Origin: Cyanobacteriota bacterium
GTDB lineage: Bacteria > Cyanobacteriota > Cyanobacteriia > PCC-6307 > Cyanobiaceae
Assembly (NCBI GenBank): GCA_026389265.1
Contig: JAPLIE010000174.1
Coordinates: 23,568-87,567, forward strand
Reading direction: 5' to 3'
Length of the DNA: 64,000 bases
Within the stretch, counting starts at the first letter, position 1; every line of letters begins with the position of its first letter. The translations under genes were made by a program, and so were the position numbers. Under the pieces are notes generated by a model. The model was given only the letters and a program-made list of their open reading frames with translations, was not told the DNA's origin and searched no databases. Of this stretch, positions 19,137 to 29,095 are shown piece after piece.

Positions 19137-19646
19137 TCGCCACTGGGGCGATAAATAATCTATTCACCTTGGCACCGGTGCAGCAAAGGAGCCACGGGCG
19201 TTACAAATTTTTTCTATTGAGGCACCGCATCACTGATATGGATTCAGGCTCTGGTCGAGCCAATGACTCAATGTGGTTCAAGACAGTCCGCAGCTCATCA
19301 GCGAACTATCGCAATCTTTGGTCCAAAACGTACATCATGGCAAGACCACCGAACTTGTTATTAGAAGGTTCCGAGAACCACCGGTGCCCACCCACCCATT
19401 TCCGGGAACCATGCTTGATAGGTCTGGGCCAGTGTTATTCAGACTAGTCCCAGTCAGGGTTCTTGGCACAAGTCTCTCAGATGTAGCCCTGGTTCACGGG
19501 TCCGCAAACCACCTGTGCAATCCGCTACACAATCTTGGACGCAGGGCAGCCCTGAGCTGGCCACCCGCACCAGACCCTCCGCCCCTATCCGCCAATGGAA
19601 CATCCGCCGGAGCCCACTGAGGAGCCCCGGCGGGAGGCCTGTGGCC

Positions 19647-19898
19647 TCAGAGCACCGCCACCAGGCCGATGTGGCGGGCCTGGAGCTGGCGGGCCACCGC
19701 TTGGGCGGTGCGCAGCGGCATCAGGCGGGGCTTCTGGACGGCCCGGCTCCGGCTACCGAAGTGCAGGGAGAGGCGGGCTGAGGCGGCGGGCTTGCTGGAA
19801 CCGGCAGGCACCAGGACCACCACGCAGCGGATCGGGCAGCAGAGGGAAGCGGAGGCCATGGGATGGATGGCGAGGAACACCGGCCTCCAACGCCTCAC
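19647..19898 (-). CDS. Small hypothetical protein
   Basis: ORF track; protein-like C-terminus (LSLHFGSRSRAVQKPRLMP...HIGLVAVL); start uncertain; no recognised motif. Confidence 0.3.
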   Translation of the reverse strand: MRRWRPVFLAIHPMASASLCCPIRCVVVLVPAGSSKPAASARLSLHFGSRSRAVQKPRLMPLRTAQAVARQLQARHIGLVAVL

Positions 19899-20145
19899 CG
19901 CAGCGGCCGGGCAAGGGCGCCGCAGGCGCTCGCGTCAGCCCTTGCGCGTGCCGAGGTGGATGGGGCAGTGCTGGTGTGGTGCTCGCTCCTGCCATGGCTC
20001 CGCCCCGTTCTGCTGACTCCCGCTTGCGTGGTGGTGGTGTCCTTGGGGTTCCAGCACCCCTCAGCGCCCGATGAGACCTGCACTTGGTTCTGGGGCCGGC
20101 TGGCGTCCTGACCCTGTATGCCGTCTGAGCATCACCCGGTGCCCG

Positions 20146-20373
20146 CTACCGCTCGATTCGCCTTGGTCGCCTGGCGGTGTCGATCAGCAGGTTCTGCAGG
20201 AGCTCCCGGCTGCAAATGAGCAGGTGGGCCAGGGCCGCAGCGGTGATGCGGGGTTCGGCGACAAGGTCCCCGCGGCTGGTGGCCAGGGCGGCACGGAGTT
20301 CCGTGAGCTCCCGGCCGATGTTGGCCGCCATCACGGCGGTGCTTTCGCGGCGCAGTGGCCTGGTTGGCTCCAT
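20146..20373 (-). CDS. Small hypothetical protein (MEPTRPLRRESTAVMAANIGRELTEL...)
   Basis: ORF track 20146..20463; internal ATG at 20373 gives an amphipathic 75-aa product; no family recognised. Confidence 0.4.
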   Translation of the reverse strand: MEPTRPLRRESTAVMAANIGRELTELRAALATSRGDLVAEPRITAAALAHLLICSRELLQNLLIDTARRPRRIER

Positions 20374-20495
20374 GGGGGCATTCTGCAAAGGAGCCAGCGG
20401 TCGCTCGATCCCCGAGATCAACCAGGGACTAATCAGCTGCGCGTTTCCGATGGATCCGTCCAAGACGGTCTTCCGCGAAGCGCTCAGCTGAAGAC

Positions 20496-21095
20496 TCAGC
20501 TCCTATGTAGGGCCCAAGCCGCCCGCTCCCGCTGCACCTCCAACCGGATGCGGAGCATGGCGGCGCTATCGCCCGATCGCTTTGCCTCGCGGTATCCGGC
20601 ATGTACAGGCCAGCAGATCGAATTCAAGAAGGCCTGATCCACCGGGCAGCTCAAGGGCTGCAGGGGGAGGACGTAGCGCCTCAGGGCCCAGAGCGCATTC
20701 TCGGCCTCCCGGGGATCCAATGCCCGCCAGGCGGGAGCCCCGTGGCCCCCGGGATCCTGGCCAGGGCAATTAGCGCTACCGGAACCGAGCACCGGCCACA
20801 CCGCCACCGCACGCCCATGGATCACCGGCGCATCCAGGAATGGCCAGCGCAGGGAATCGGGAGCCTCCAGCCGGGCCCAAGCCCCGCCATGGGCCAGATG
20901 CACCGGCCCCACCCTGGAGAAGCGAAGCGCATCAACTGGGCAGCCGCAGAACCCGGCCAGCTCAGCGAACGACAGCTGCCAGTGCTGGACTTGCCTCGGC
21001 TCGATCCGGGTGCACTGCCCGCCCTGCCACCAGTGGCCCTGCCACTCGTGGCCTTGCCACTGGTGGCGATGAACCAGAAGAATGGAGGGAACCAT
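20496..21095 (-). CDS. Hypothetical Trp-rich protein
   Basis: ORF track 20496..21170; likely ATG at 21095 (MVPSILLVHRHQWQGHEWQGHWWQG...). Confidence 0.5.
   Translation of the reverse strand: MVPSILLVHRHQWQGHEWQGHWWQGGQCTRIEPRQVQHWQLSFAELAGFCGCPVDALRFSRVGPVHLAHGGAWARLEAPDSLRWPFLDAPVIHGRAVAVWPVLGSGSANCPGQDPGGHGAPAWRALDPREAENALWALRRYVLPLQPLSCPVDQAFLNSICWPVHAGYREAKRSGDSAAMLRIRLEVQRERAAWALHRS
21021..21065. repeat. 3 x 15-bp tandem repeat (gcc[c/t]tgccacNNgtg) encoding HQWQG/HEWQG/HWWQG on the minus strand
   Basis: gccctgccaccagtg gccctgccactcgtg gccttgccactggtg read directly. Confidence 0.85.
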
Positions 21096-21409
21096 GACGC
21101 GAGCAAACGCAGGACCCCGGAGGGTTCCGCGCCGCCGATCAAGGGCTCGCCACCGCCCTGTTCGGCGCATCAGCGCCGGACACCAAAGGACGGCGAGCCT
21201 GGCCCCGACCCTTGGCGCGGCGCGGACCGTAGAGGGGCCTGCGGCAGCGGCGCCCAGCGAGAGCTCGGCGAGAGCGGGGGCTCAGAGCATCCAGAGCGAC
21301 TCCCGAGCGACACAAGTGACAGATGCTCCTCTGGCCTGGCCAATAGCCGTTTTCTGCCGGAAACATCCCCTAGAGTTATTCCTTGGAATCATCCCTGGGG
21401 AGAAGGGCC

Positions 21410-21793
21410 GTGCATGCCGTCAGCGTCAGCGGGCTGAAGCACAATCCGGCCGAGGCCCTGCTTCAGGCCCGGAGTGGCCCGGTGGTGGTGCTGAACCGCA
21501 ACAACCCCGATGCCGTCCTGATCGGACTGGAGGAGGGCGGGCTGCTGCAGGCTCCCGGCGTTCGCGCAGCCCTGGCCACGGCGCTGTTCCGCGACGGTGA
21601 GCTCTCCCTGGTGCGTGCCGCCCATGTCGCCGAGATGGATGTGGCGCGCTTCATCGCCCATCTCGGGCGGTTGGGCATTGCCGCCATCCGGCTCACAGCC
21701 GAAGAAACCCACGCCGATCTCGACACCCTGGAGCAGTGGCTGCAATCATCATTGCCGCCGCCAATACGCTCATCGCCGACGCCAGTCCGCTGA
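21410..21793 (+). CDS. UPF0175-family antitoxin with Phd/YefM-like N-terminus
   Basis: (V/M)HAVSVSGLKHNPAEAL...PVVVLNRNNPDAVL (Phd-like), then ALATALFRDGELSLVRAAHVAEMDVARFIAHLGRLGI (UPF0175-like). Overlaps the PIN gene. Start coordinate approximate. Confidence 0.75.
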   Translation: MHAVSVSGLKHNPAEALLQARSGPVVVLNRNNPDAVLIGLEEGGLLQAPGVRAALATALFRDGELSLVRAAHVAEMDVARFIAHLGRLGIAAIRLTAEETHADLDTLEQWLQSSLPPPIRSSPTPVR

Positions 21794-22245
21794 TCGCCCT
21801 GACCCGCGTTAACGGGCTGGGGTGGTTGGAGGCTCTATTCGGCCAGGTGCTGGTGACCGAGGAGGTGATGGCTGAGGTGCTCAGCGGCTGCTATCCCGCC
21901 AGGGAGGAGCTGATCCAGGCTGCGATCGCCTCCGGTTGGCTCAGGGCCGTGGCGGTCGACTCCAGCGAACCGGCTCTGCCGGATCTCGATGAAGGAGAAG
22001 CGGCCAGCATTCGCCTCGCCCTGATCAGCGGGCCCCAGACCCTGCTGCTGATCGACGAACGCGCCGGCCAAGCGGTTGCGGAAGCCTTCGGCATCAGGTT
22101 GACGGGCACGGCGGCGGTGATCGGCATGGCTCGCCAACGGCGCCTGATCGAATCCGCCAGGGCCGTGTTCGCCGAGCTCCATGCCAACAATTTCCGCATC
22201 GCCCCCGCCGTGATTCAGGCCGTGCTGGAGCGCTGCGGTGAATGA
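21736..22245 (+). CDS. DUF3368-type PIN-domain protein (toxin of the UPF0175/PIN pair)
   Basis: IADASPLIAL...LDEGEAASIRLA...LLLIDERAG...GIRLTGTAAVI: the acidic PIN tetrad pattern. Confidence 0.85.
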   Translation: MAAIIIAAANTLIADASPLIALTRVNGLGWLEALFGQVLVTEEVMAEVLSGCYPAREELIQAAIASGWLRAVAVDSSEPALPDLDEGEAASIRLALISGPQTLLLIDERAGQAVAEAFGIRLTGTAAVIGMARQRRLIESARAVFAELHANNFRIAPAVIQAVLERCGE

Positions 22246-24225
22246 GAGTCTGTCGGGATTCGACCAGGCATAGTTCTTATCCACTCCTCAACCAGTGGGT
22301 TGCGCTCAGCCATGCAGCACCTCCCCGTGATCCAGGGCCTCGCGGATGATCGGATCACCCCAGCGGTAACGAGGTTCGATGTCCTCCGGTCGCCATGCAA
22401 CAGATCAACGCGAAAATTGGGTTGGCAGGCCCGGCGGATTTCGCGGGTCTTAGCAAACGGGGAGGGGCCCGGAGTAGTTCGTTGATCCAGCCTGAGCACT
22501 TGGTCTTGTTGACTATTTCATGGCTACTTATAGAAAATACCGGCGCTAAATTGATCGGCGTAGCCATGGCCTTCATCAACCTATTCACTGGTGCAAGAAC
22601 GCCGGTGGCCCCAGAAACAGATGTCGAGGCCCGATCCAGAAAACCTGTCTAAGCGGCATATTAAAAAACCGCTACAAGGCGAATGTGCTAGCAGCACTCA
22701 CAAACATATTCATGGTCCGCCATCAGTTGATTTGCAAGACATGATCAAGAGAATAGTGTCTCCATAGGTCTAAATACACCCTGAAAGATACTTAAAATCT
22801 CAGTGCAAAGCTGAAATCAGCCCAATTCCCACTTTGGACTAATCTTCAAGCGTCCATTCCAAACGTTTCGTGGCCCGGTGTTTCGCCTTATGGCTTGTTG
22901 CCAAGAGCTTTCTCAGCTAATCCTACGATTAATCCATTCTAGCTATAGCCTAGACCCCCATGAGCTAACAAGTCATACCACCAGCCGGAACTGCGCCACC
23001 AGGGAAGAAGTATCGGCCGCCTGCTCTCGAGATTAACCGGGCGGTACGAGCCGTTGCTGTTGGTCGCCAACGACGACCTGCCCGATGCTTCAGCCCTGCT
23101 CCGAGTCGGCGTGAGGGCTCTGAGATGGCAACCAAGTCTCCAACAGCTATCAAGCCCCAAGCCAGATCCTGTAGCGCAGACACCGCCGCCCCTGCAGCAA
23201 CGGCAGCCACAGGAACTCGCTATCGTCCACATCCCAACGGCGGAAGCTGTGGGCCAACCTCATCAACACAATCGCACGGCAGCCCGAGGGCGACAGAACC
23301 ACCGCTGGTAGAGGCTAAACGCCTTCAACGACTATAGAGGTAGCGAGATCCAACGACCTCTCCGACAAGCTTCGGCAAGGGCGAAGGGTTGGGATCGGCG
23401 GTGATCAGACCATTGGCGGGCATTGGTAGGTGCAGAGCAGGTTTGCTGACATTGTTCAGGCAAATCTCCGCCGATTGCAAGGCGTTGTTAGAAATAGCTG
23501 TGGGGAATGCAGTCCACCGCTATGGGCTGGTCGCGGCCACAGGTAAAGGATGGCCTTGTGGCGTAGATGTAGGGTGCTATTGTTACGGCATATTAGCTAG
23601 GACATGGATCGGGCTCAGAGATGGCGATAAGTGCAGCAGATCGTTTAGAGTAGCTTTAAATTGTTCTAGTCACCTTTGCAAAACTGGGTCAAGCAAAGAG
23701 GCGTTACTTTGTAGCGATTAGTTCTTTTTCATCCAGTGCCGACGATGGCTCAGTCGATGGCGTAGTAGGAACATCCAACGACCGGCTGCTGCACGATGCA
23801 CCAGGAGTTCAGCTGAACCTTCCTGGCCGGAGGGAAGTGCATTGGCCTAGTGCATCCCAGGGGGATGTGGTGGGGCCTTTACCTTCCCCACCAACTTTCA
23901 GTGGCAGCTTCTCTCCAGAGGGCTCAGGTCAAGAGGGCAAGGGGCGTAGTGAACGTGAATCAACTGGGGTAAAAGGCCCTACCCACTTGCTTGATAAAAT
24001 AGAAGGATCGTTTGCAGTCCGCGCAACAAACCATGAAGCGAGTGGCGATGCCCGAGACGACCTGCTTGCACATGTTATAGACTAGAAGAGTAGACAAGCT
24101 AAGATAGCTTATGAAGCCAAGAGCCTTATGGCGGCAGCTTCTGTAAATCAGCGAATCACCCTTAGACAGGGATTTTGATTGCTTAAAACGGTAAATTACT
24201 AACCTAACTTTTCCTGTTGTATTCG

Positions 24226-25095
24226 ATGGAAAAAATTTTATCTTGTGCCACAAATTTTGTTTCTTCCATCTCTTGCCTGGCCGGTGCTCTGTTTACCTTG
24301 GCTACTCCTGTCCATGCAGGGCAACCTGTGGGCGATTTGCAGATCGGCAACATCTATACTAGATTCAGCCGCTGCATTGTCAACGAATATGGAGAAGGGG
24401 CAGATTCTCCACGGGATCAGGCGAAATGTCGAGGGATTTTAATTGAATCTAACAGCAAAGCACAAGGGACAAGTCAAGATACTAAAAACGGCTTTACTTA
24501 CTATTTTTACGCGACACTGAGAAGCCAAGATTTTTTGATAAGCTATGTAACGGATAGCAAGAACCTTGTCAAATACGTGATTGTCGGTGGCGACAATTTC
24601 ATCTTTGGTGGTCCAGCTAGCGGTGATTGCATAGAGTATCTACGGAACAGTAGTAACCATATTATTGTTTGTGCCGCCCATATTATCGAGGATCAGCTTG
24701 GCAAGGGTTCATCTAAAAATTTGAGCTATACAGCAGCTATCAACCTGGCAAAGATGACGGCTGACTCAACGGGTGTAGGCTTGTCAACATCTCTATCTAA
24801 ATCTCTCCAGGCACGCTGCACTGGAGCAGCTATCGGTTCGTTACTGGGTTTAGTGATTACAGGTAATACTCGAAAATCGACAGACGCAATTCCCACTGAG
24901 TGTAGGCAACAACAAAATTCTCCTTCCCCTCAATATCAACAACCAAGCATTCCAAACAAGAATTTACAGATTAAACTCCCAAACACCTACTTAAATCCCA
25001 ATCGTGCGTGGTTACAAGATTCGATGAGAGATACAGATCGCTTCCGCGCTGGTAGCGGTTGGCGCAGTATCGAGAGAAATCCAAGCGGTTTTTAA
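24226..25095 (+). CDS. Secreted hypothetical protein, low GC
   Basis: ORF track 24217..25095; signal-peptide-like N-terminus ending LATPVHA; several Cys; Gln/Pro-rich tail; AT-rich codons unlike neighbours. Confidence 0.65.
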   Translation: MEKILSCATNFVSSISCLAGALFTLATPVHAGQPVGDLQIGNIYTRFSRCIVNEYGEGADSPRDQAKCRGILIESNSKAQGTSQDTKNGFTYYFYATLRSQDFLISYVTDSKNLVKYVIVGGDNFIFGGPASGDCIEYLRNSSNHIIVCAAHIIEDQLGKGSSKNLSYTAAINLAKMTADSTGVGLSTSLSKSLQARCTGAAIGSLLGLVITGNTRKSTDAIPTECRQQQNSPSPQYQQPSIPNKNLQIKLPNTYLNPNRAWLQDSMRDTDRFRAGSGWRSIERNPSGF

Positions 25096-25109
25096 AAAGT
25101 AAAGTAGAA

Positions 25110-25350
25110 GGTGATTTTGGCGAGAGTTCCTGATCTAGAGCCAGAATCCTATCCCCTGAGATCAATGGCTCTGGATGCGGGCGCGTCAGCTCAAAGATCA
25201 CATGGGTATCGAGCAGGATCACCGCGAAACCTCCCCTGATGGGTTGTGGCGTTCTCGGGTTTCCCATCACGGTTCAGCGCCGAATTGAGCCGAGGCTGGC
25301 TGGGGATGAACGTTGAGGAAGCTCAAGCTCCACACCTCCCCCCGCCTTCG
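25110..25350 (-). pseudogene. vapC: Relic of a FitA-like antitoxin / VapC PIN toxin pair
   Basis: GGVELELPQRS (FitA-like C-terminus) followed by VILLDTHVIFELTRPHPEP (VapC-like N-terminus), which breaks off after about 20 codons. Confidence 0.6.
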
Positions 25351-25583
25351 GCTTACCTTCCGCCAGCAACTCCGCCAGGGCGGGGCCGGCGATCAGGGCG
25401 GCGGCCAGCAGCAGGAGCAGGGCGACTGAGCGCGGACTTCGTGGCAGCCTGATTTGGGCGGAAGGCCCCTGGGGGCATATGGGTATGGACCGGCATGTCG
25501 TCAATATGCAGCACTTGCGCCGCAATTGGTGCCCAGTTGATCTATTGCGCTACTCTTCAAGATATCTATTTTGACCCTTAAGA

Positions 25584-25980
25584 ATGAGACACAAATCTTC
25601 CACTTTTGTTAGGTTAGCGCACCAGTTTTGTCTTCCCATAATTGCGGCTACTGCACTCACCACTGCAGCCTCAGCTGTAGAAGCCAGCCAGATCATTTAC
25701 GACAATACCACCTCTGCCCCCACTGGGGGTGCCTCATTCACTGCCCTTGAGCAAGGGGATGAAGTCAGGCTTGATCCCCTTGCGCCTCGAAGCATCGTCC
25801 TCCTTGAGATCGGTCTATATCAACAGGGCACGGCTGGCACGACCGATCATCTCGGGCTCGCCCCCCGTCCCTGGCCCCCTGCCCCTCCTCGGTGTGGGTG
25901 CCGCCTTTTGCTACAGCCGTAAGCTGAGGATGCGGATCAAAAGTATCGCTAACCCCATTACCAGCAGCTTCACCATCTGA
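25584..25980 (+). pseudogene. PEP-CTERM-like (VPGPLP) surface protein, internally deleted and frameshifted
   Basis: Signal peptide plus QIIYDNT... in one frame; VPGPLPLLGVGAAFCYSRKLRMRIK in another frame; switch at ~25845. Confidence 0.7.
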
Positions 25981-26271
25981 GCCGATGCCTGGCAACTTTG
26001 CGGGCGCTGCATTGTTCCCCCACTCGGACAGGCTCACCGCAGCGGCTCACAGGCCACCCCGTCGCCGTTCATGTCCAGGTCGGTGTGCCGGGCGGGCAAG
26101 TGAGCTTCCGGCCCCTGCTGGCGGCTACCGCGGCCGGAAGCTGACCTGCCGGCAGATCAGGAGGTTGACCCGCGCTCGGGAGCTGCTGATCCGCCGGGGT
26201 GGGGAGGGTGAGCAAAATGGCGAAGGTCCTGCGATGGCCAGCACCATCTCCGCTTCCCACTGCCCAAGCCG

Positions 26272-26769
26272 TTGATCACCCCCTCCTTCCTTGAGCGCCT
26301 CCATATCGAAACTGGAGGATCGTTCCATTGCCATGCCATTACCGCGGACCTGCAGGCGCTGGTGGAGCGCAGTGGCGTTCGGCAGGGGTTGCTGGTGGCG
26401 GTTGGGCAGCACACCACCACGGCCCTCGTGCTCAATGAAAACGAGGAGCGGCTGCTGCGCGACATCGAAGCCTTCTTTCTCGGTCTGGCACCGCCGGAAC
26501 GCCCCTGGCTCCACAACGACCTGCACCTTCGCCAGGGCATTCCGCCCGATGAGCCCCGCAATGCCCACGCCCACCTGATTGCGATGGTGCTCGGCAACCA
26601 GCTCAGCCTGCCGGTGGTGGAGGGCCGGCTTGGCATCGGCCGCTGGCAGTCGGTGTTGCTGGTGGAGCTCGATGGACCGCGCCGGCGGGAGGTGTTATTG
26701 CAGCTCATCGACACTGGCGGCCCATCCCCGCCAACGGGACGCGACTCGGCGTTGGGAGCAACGCCTTGA
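26272..26769 (+). CDS. yjbQ: YjbQ/UPF0047 family protein (secondary thiamine-phosphate synthase family)
   Basis: HTTTALVLNENE...WLHNDL...NAHAHL...LGIGRWQSVLLVELDGPRRREV. An ATG at ~26233 would be in frame with one extra C, so the true start may be upstream. Confidence 0.9.
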   Translation: MITPSFLERLHIETGGSFHCHAITADLQALVERSGVRQGLLVAVGQHTTTALVLNENEERLLRDIEAFFLGLAPPERPWLHNDLHLRQGIPPDEPRNAHAHLIAMVLGNQLSLPVVEGRLGIGRWQSVLLVELDGPRRREVLLQLIDTGGPSPPTGRDSALGATP

Positions 26770-27089
26770 GATTGGGGTGGGCGCCCCCGATCTGCGCGCT
26801 TCTGAGCCCCGAGGCCCCGGCTCCGCTTCGTTGCCCCGCTGGCCGCTCGGGGGGTGTCGCCGCGACACCGGCACCCGCCAGGCCCGGCCATCGGTCCGGC
26901 TGCGCCCTTGCTTGTGGGGCACCCGCCGCGCAACGGAAGCGGGTTGGCGTGTGGGCGGTGCCTGGGGGGATCCAGCGACCGTGGGATAGGCGCAAGGGCA
27001 CCCGCTCACTTGCCGGCAGATCGGCAGCTTTGCCCGCGCCCAAGAGCTGCTGAGGCAAGGGCACACCTACCTATCTGGGCGCGCCTTGA

Positions 27090-27420
27090 AGCTGACCACC
27101 CGCTGGTAGCCGACCACCCGCCGCACGAGCATCCCGTTCTTCTGCTCCACCCAGGCCTGCTGCCCCGGCCGGTCGCACCAGTCCTCCATCAGGCTGTTCA
27201 TTTAGACGCAGTCGGGCGGAGGCTATACACCGGATCGTTCCCTGCATCAATCTCCGCAAGGGGAACGGCAGCTGGCGGCAGATCAGCTGCAGGGCCGTAA
27301 GCACCACCGCTCCGACACGCACCAAAATCGGCGGCCGGTTGCGCAGCCGCAGCAAGGACTTGCGGTGGTACCCAGTGAGCTCCTGTAGCTCATCGAGGAG
27401 TCGCCACTTGCCGATGCCAC
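27090..27420 (-). mobile_element. Degraded integrase-core transposase relic (ISNCY/IS481-like)
   Basis: LLDELQELTGYHRKSLLRL (~27340-27410) and, in another frame, QAWVEQKNGMLVRRVVGYQR (~27100-27160); most of the middle is missing. Confidence 0.6.
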
Positions 27421-27690
27421 GAGGGAAACCCTGTGTAGCGCCGCCGGGCCGCGTCAAGGGCCGCCCGGCGGCGCTGGCGATCGTTGCCGCTCGCTGCGGC
27501 TGGCGGCCTGCTCCGATACTCCGGTAACTCGCTTATCGATGCAATGGGCCAGCGCGGATCGTGAACCCCAGCGCCGTGCGATCGGCATCCTGCACAGGAT
27601 CTTTGTTGATGGCAGCAACGTTTCGGGCGCCCTGCAGACTCCATCAGCCTCCCGCTCCGGCGAAGCCCCCGTTTGGGGGCAATCGGATTC

Positions 27691-28554
27691 TCATGCGCGG
27701 GGGGTTGCCGTGAAGGCATAGCGGGTGTGGAGCCTCGTGCTCGCTCCAGGGCTCAGTTCGAGTTTGCGGTCGCCGCTCAGCAGGGACTGCCGCGGTCCGC
27801 TCCAGGGTTCCATGCACACCATCGCCCGCGGTGGCTCCGTCCAGAGCACAACCAGATCGAGGGGGTGGCTCAGCTGCAGTTCGAGGCTGGTTCCGGCGGC
27901 CTCATCCACCAGCCTCACTGGCCCCGTGGGCCGCACCAGCAGATCGATGCCATCGGCGAGCCTCTCCATCTGTTCGGCCGTGGAGGCGTCCTCCATGGTG
28001 AGGTGGTTGAGGCACCGGGCCGGCAACCCCTCGAAGCGCACGCTCTCCAGGCTGGAGAGGTTGAAGTAGGGGTGCAACCCGAAGCTGAACGGCATCGTGT
28101 CGTTGCCCCTGTTTTCTACGATGGTGGTGATCTCCAGCGCCCCGGGGGCCAGCCGCGCCTCCAGGGTGAGCAGGAAGGGGAACGGGTAAGACTTCAACGT
28201 CTCCTGGGTGTCGGCCAACTGCAGCTGCACGCCAGCGCCATCCGCCAGGGCTTCCAGGCGCCAGGGCAGCTGGCGCGCAAAGCCGTGTTGGCCGAGGGTG
28301 AACTCACCCTGGGGCAGGGGCAGCCGGTTGTTCGGCAGGCCTCCGGTGATCGGGAAGAGCACTGGGAAACCTCCCCGCACCGATTGGGCTGGGTCGAGGA
28401 AGCGCTCGAGATCGAGGTAAACAAGCTCGTGGTCAGCGCAACGCCAGCCGCTGATCAGCCCGCCGCGCTCGGGCACAACCCGCAGCAGATCACCGCTGGA
28501 AGGATCACTGAACTCCCAGTGGGGAAAGGGAGTATCACGTTGAATCAGAGGCAT
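27691..28554 (-). CDS. Galactose mutarotase / aldose 1-epimerase family protein
   Basis: VRGGFPVLFPITG...QHGFAR...FSFGLHPYF...VCMEPW. Confidence 0.9.
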   Translation of the reverse strand: MPLIQRDTPFPHWEFSDPSSGDLLRVVPERGGLISGWRCADHELVYLDLERFLDPAQSVRGGFPVLFPITGGLPNNRLPLPQGEFTLGQHGFARQLPWRLEALADGAGVQLQLADTQETLKSYPFPFLLTLEARLAPGALEITTIVENRGNDTMPFSFGLHPYFNLSSLESVRFEGLPARCLNHLTMEDASTAEQMERLADGIDLLVRPTGPVRLVDEAAGTSLELQLSHPLDLVVLWTEPPRAMVCMEPWSGPRQSLLSGDRKLELSPGASTRLHTRYAFTATPRA

Positions 28555-28668
28555 GAGAAGGTCTACCGGGCTGAGATCTCACTCAATCTGCTGCAGCGGG
28601 TCAAGGAGGGATGCCCCCAATCGGAAACAGGGGGCACCGTCAGCGGCATGCAGTGGCGGCTGGTCGGT

Positions 28669-28887
28669 TCAGTCGTCGTAGACGCGGCAGTTGATGTCGG
28701 AGGGATTGAGGTCACAGAACACCTCGAAGGGAGATGGGGCCTCGGCCTCGTCGGGATGGCGCTGCTGGAACTCCTCCAGTTGCTTGATCTGCTGCTCGAT
28801 CTTGCTGGCGATCGCCGACTCATCTTTGGCCTGGGCTGCTGATAGGGCGAGGCGATAGGTCTGGAGCTGGTCTGCAATGGTTGCCAT
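28669..28887 (-). CDS. cp12: CP12-family protein (C-terminal Cys pair only)
   Basis: MATIADQL...PSPFEVFCDLNPSDINCRVYDD; no N-terminal Cys pair. Confidence 0.85.
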   Translation of the reverse strand: MATIADQLQTYRLALSAAQAKDESAIASKIEQQIKQLEEFQQRHPDEAEAPSPFEVFCDLNPSDINCRVYDD

Positions 28888-29095
28888 GGCACACAGCCCC
28901 GGCAGGGGCCCAAAAGGCCTGGCGAATGTAACCCTGCCGGATCCATCAACGGGACCCCCGAGCCTGCGATCGCTCGGCAACGGCAACCTTGATTCCGTGA
29001 TTCAGGTATTTCTGCTCATCCTGCGGGACGCATCGTGTCGATGTTCGTAGATCCGGTGGGGTGGCAGGGTAGTGCGGCTCCGCAGGATGAATTCC

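Noticed and set aside
23107-23630. 18-bp similarity gggctc[t/a]gagatggc[a/g]a at ~23116 and ~23610
   Set aside because: Too short, and the flanks do not align; may be chance.
23960-24253. 97-aa minus-strand ORF in the AT-rich islet
   Set aside because: Overlaps the start of the secreted-protein gene, has no motif and competes with equally weak frames.
27673-28842. 389-aa plus-strand ORF
   Set aside because: Antisense to the mutarotase and cp12 genes, which have clear motifs.
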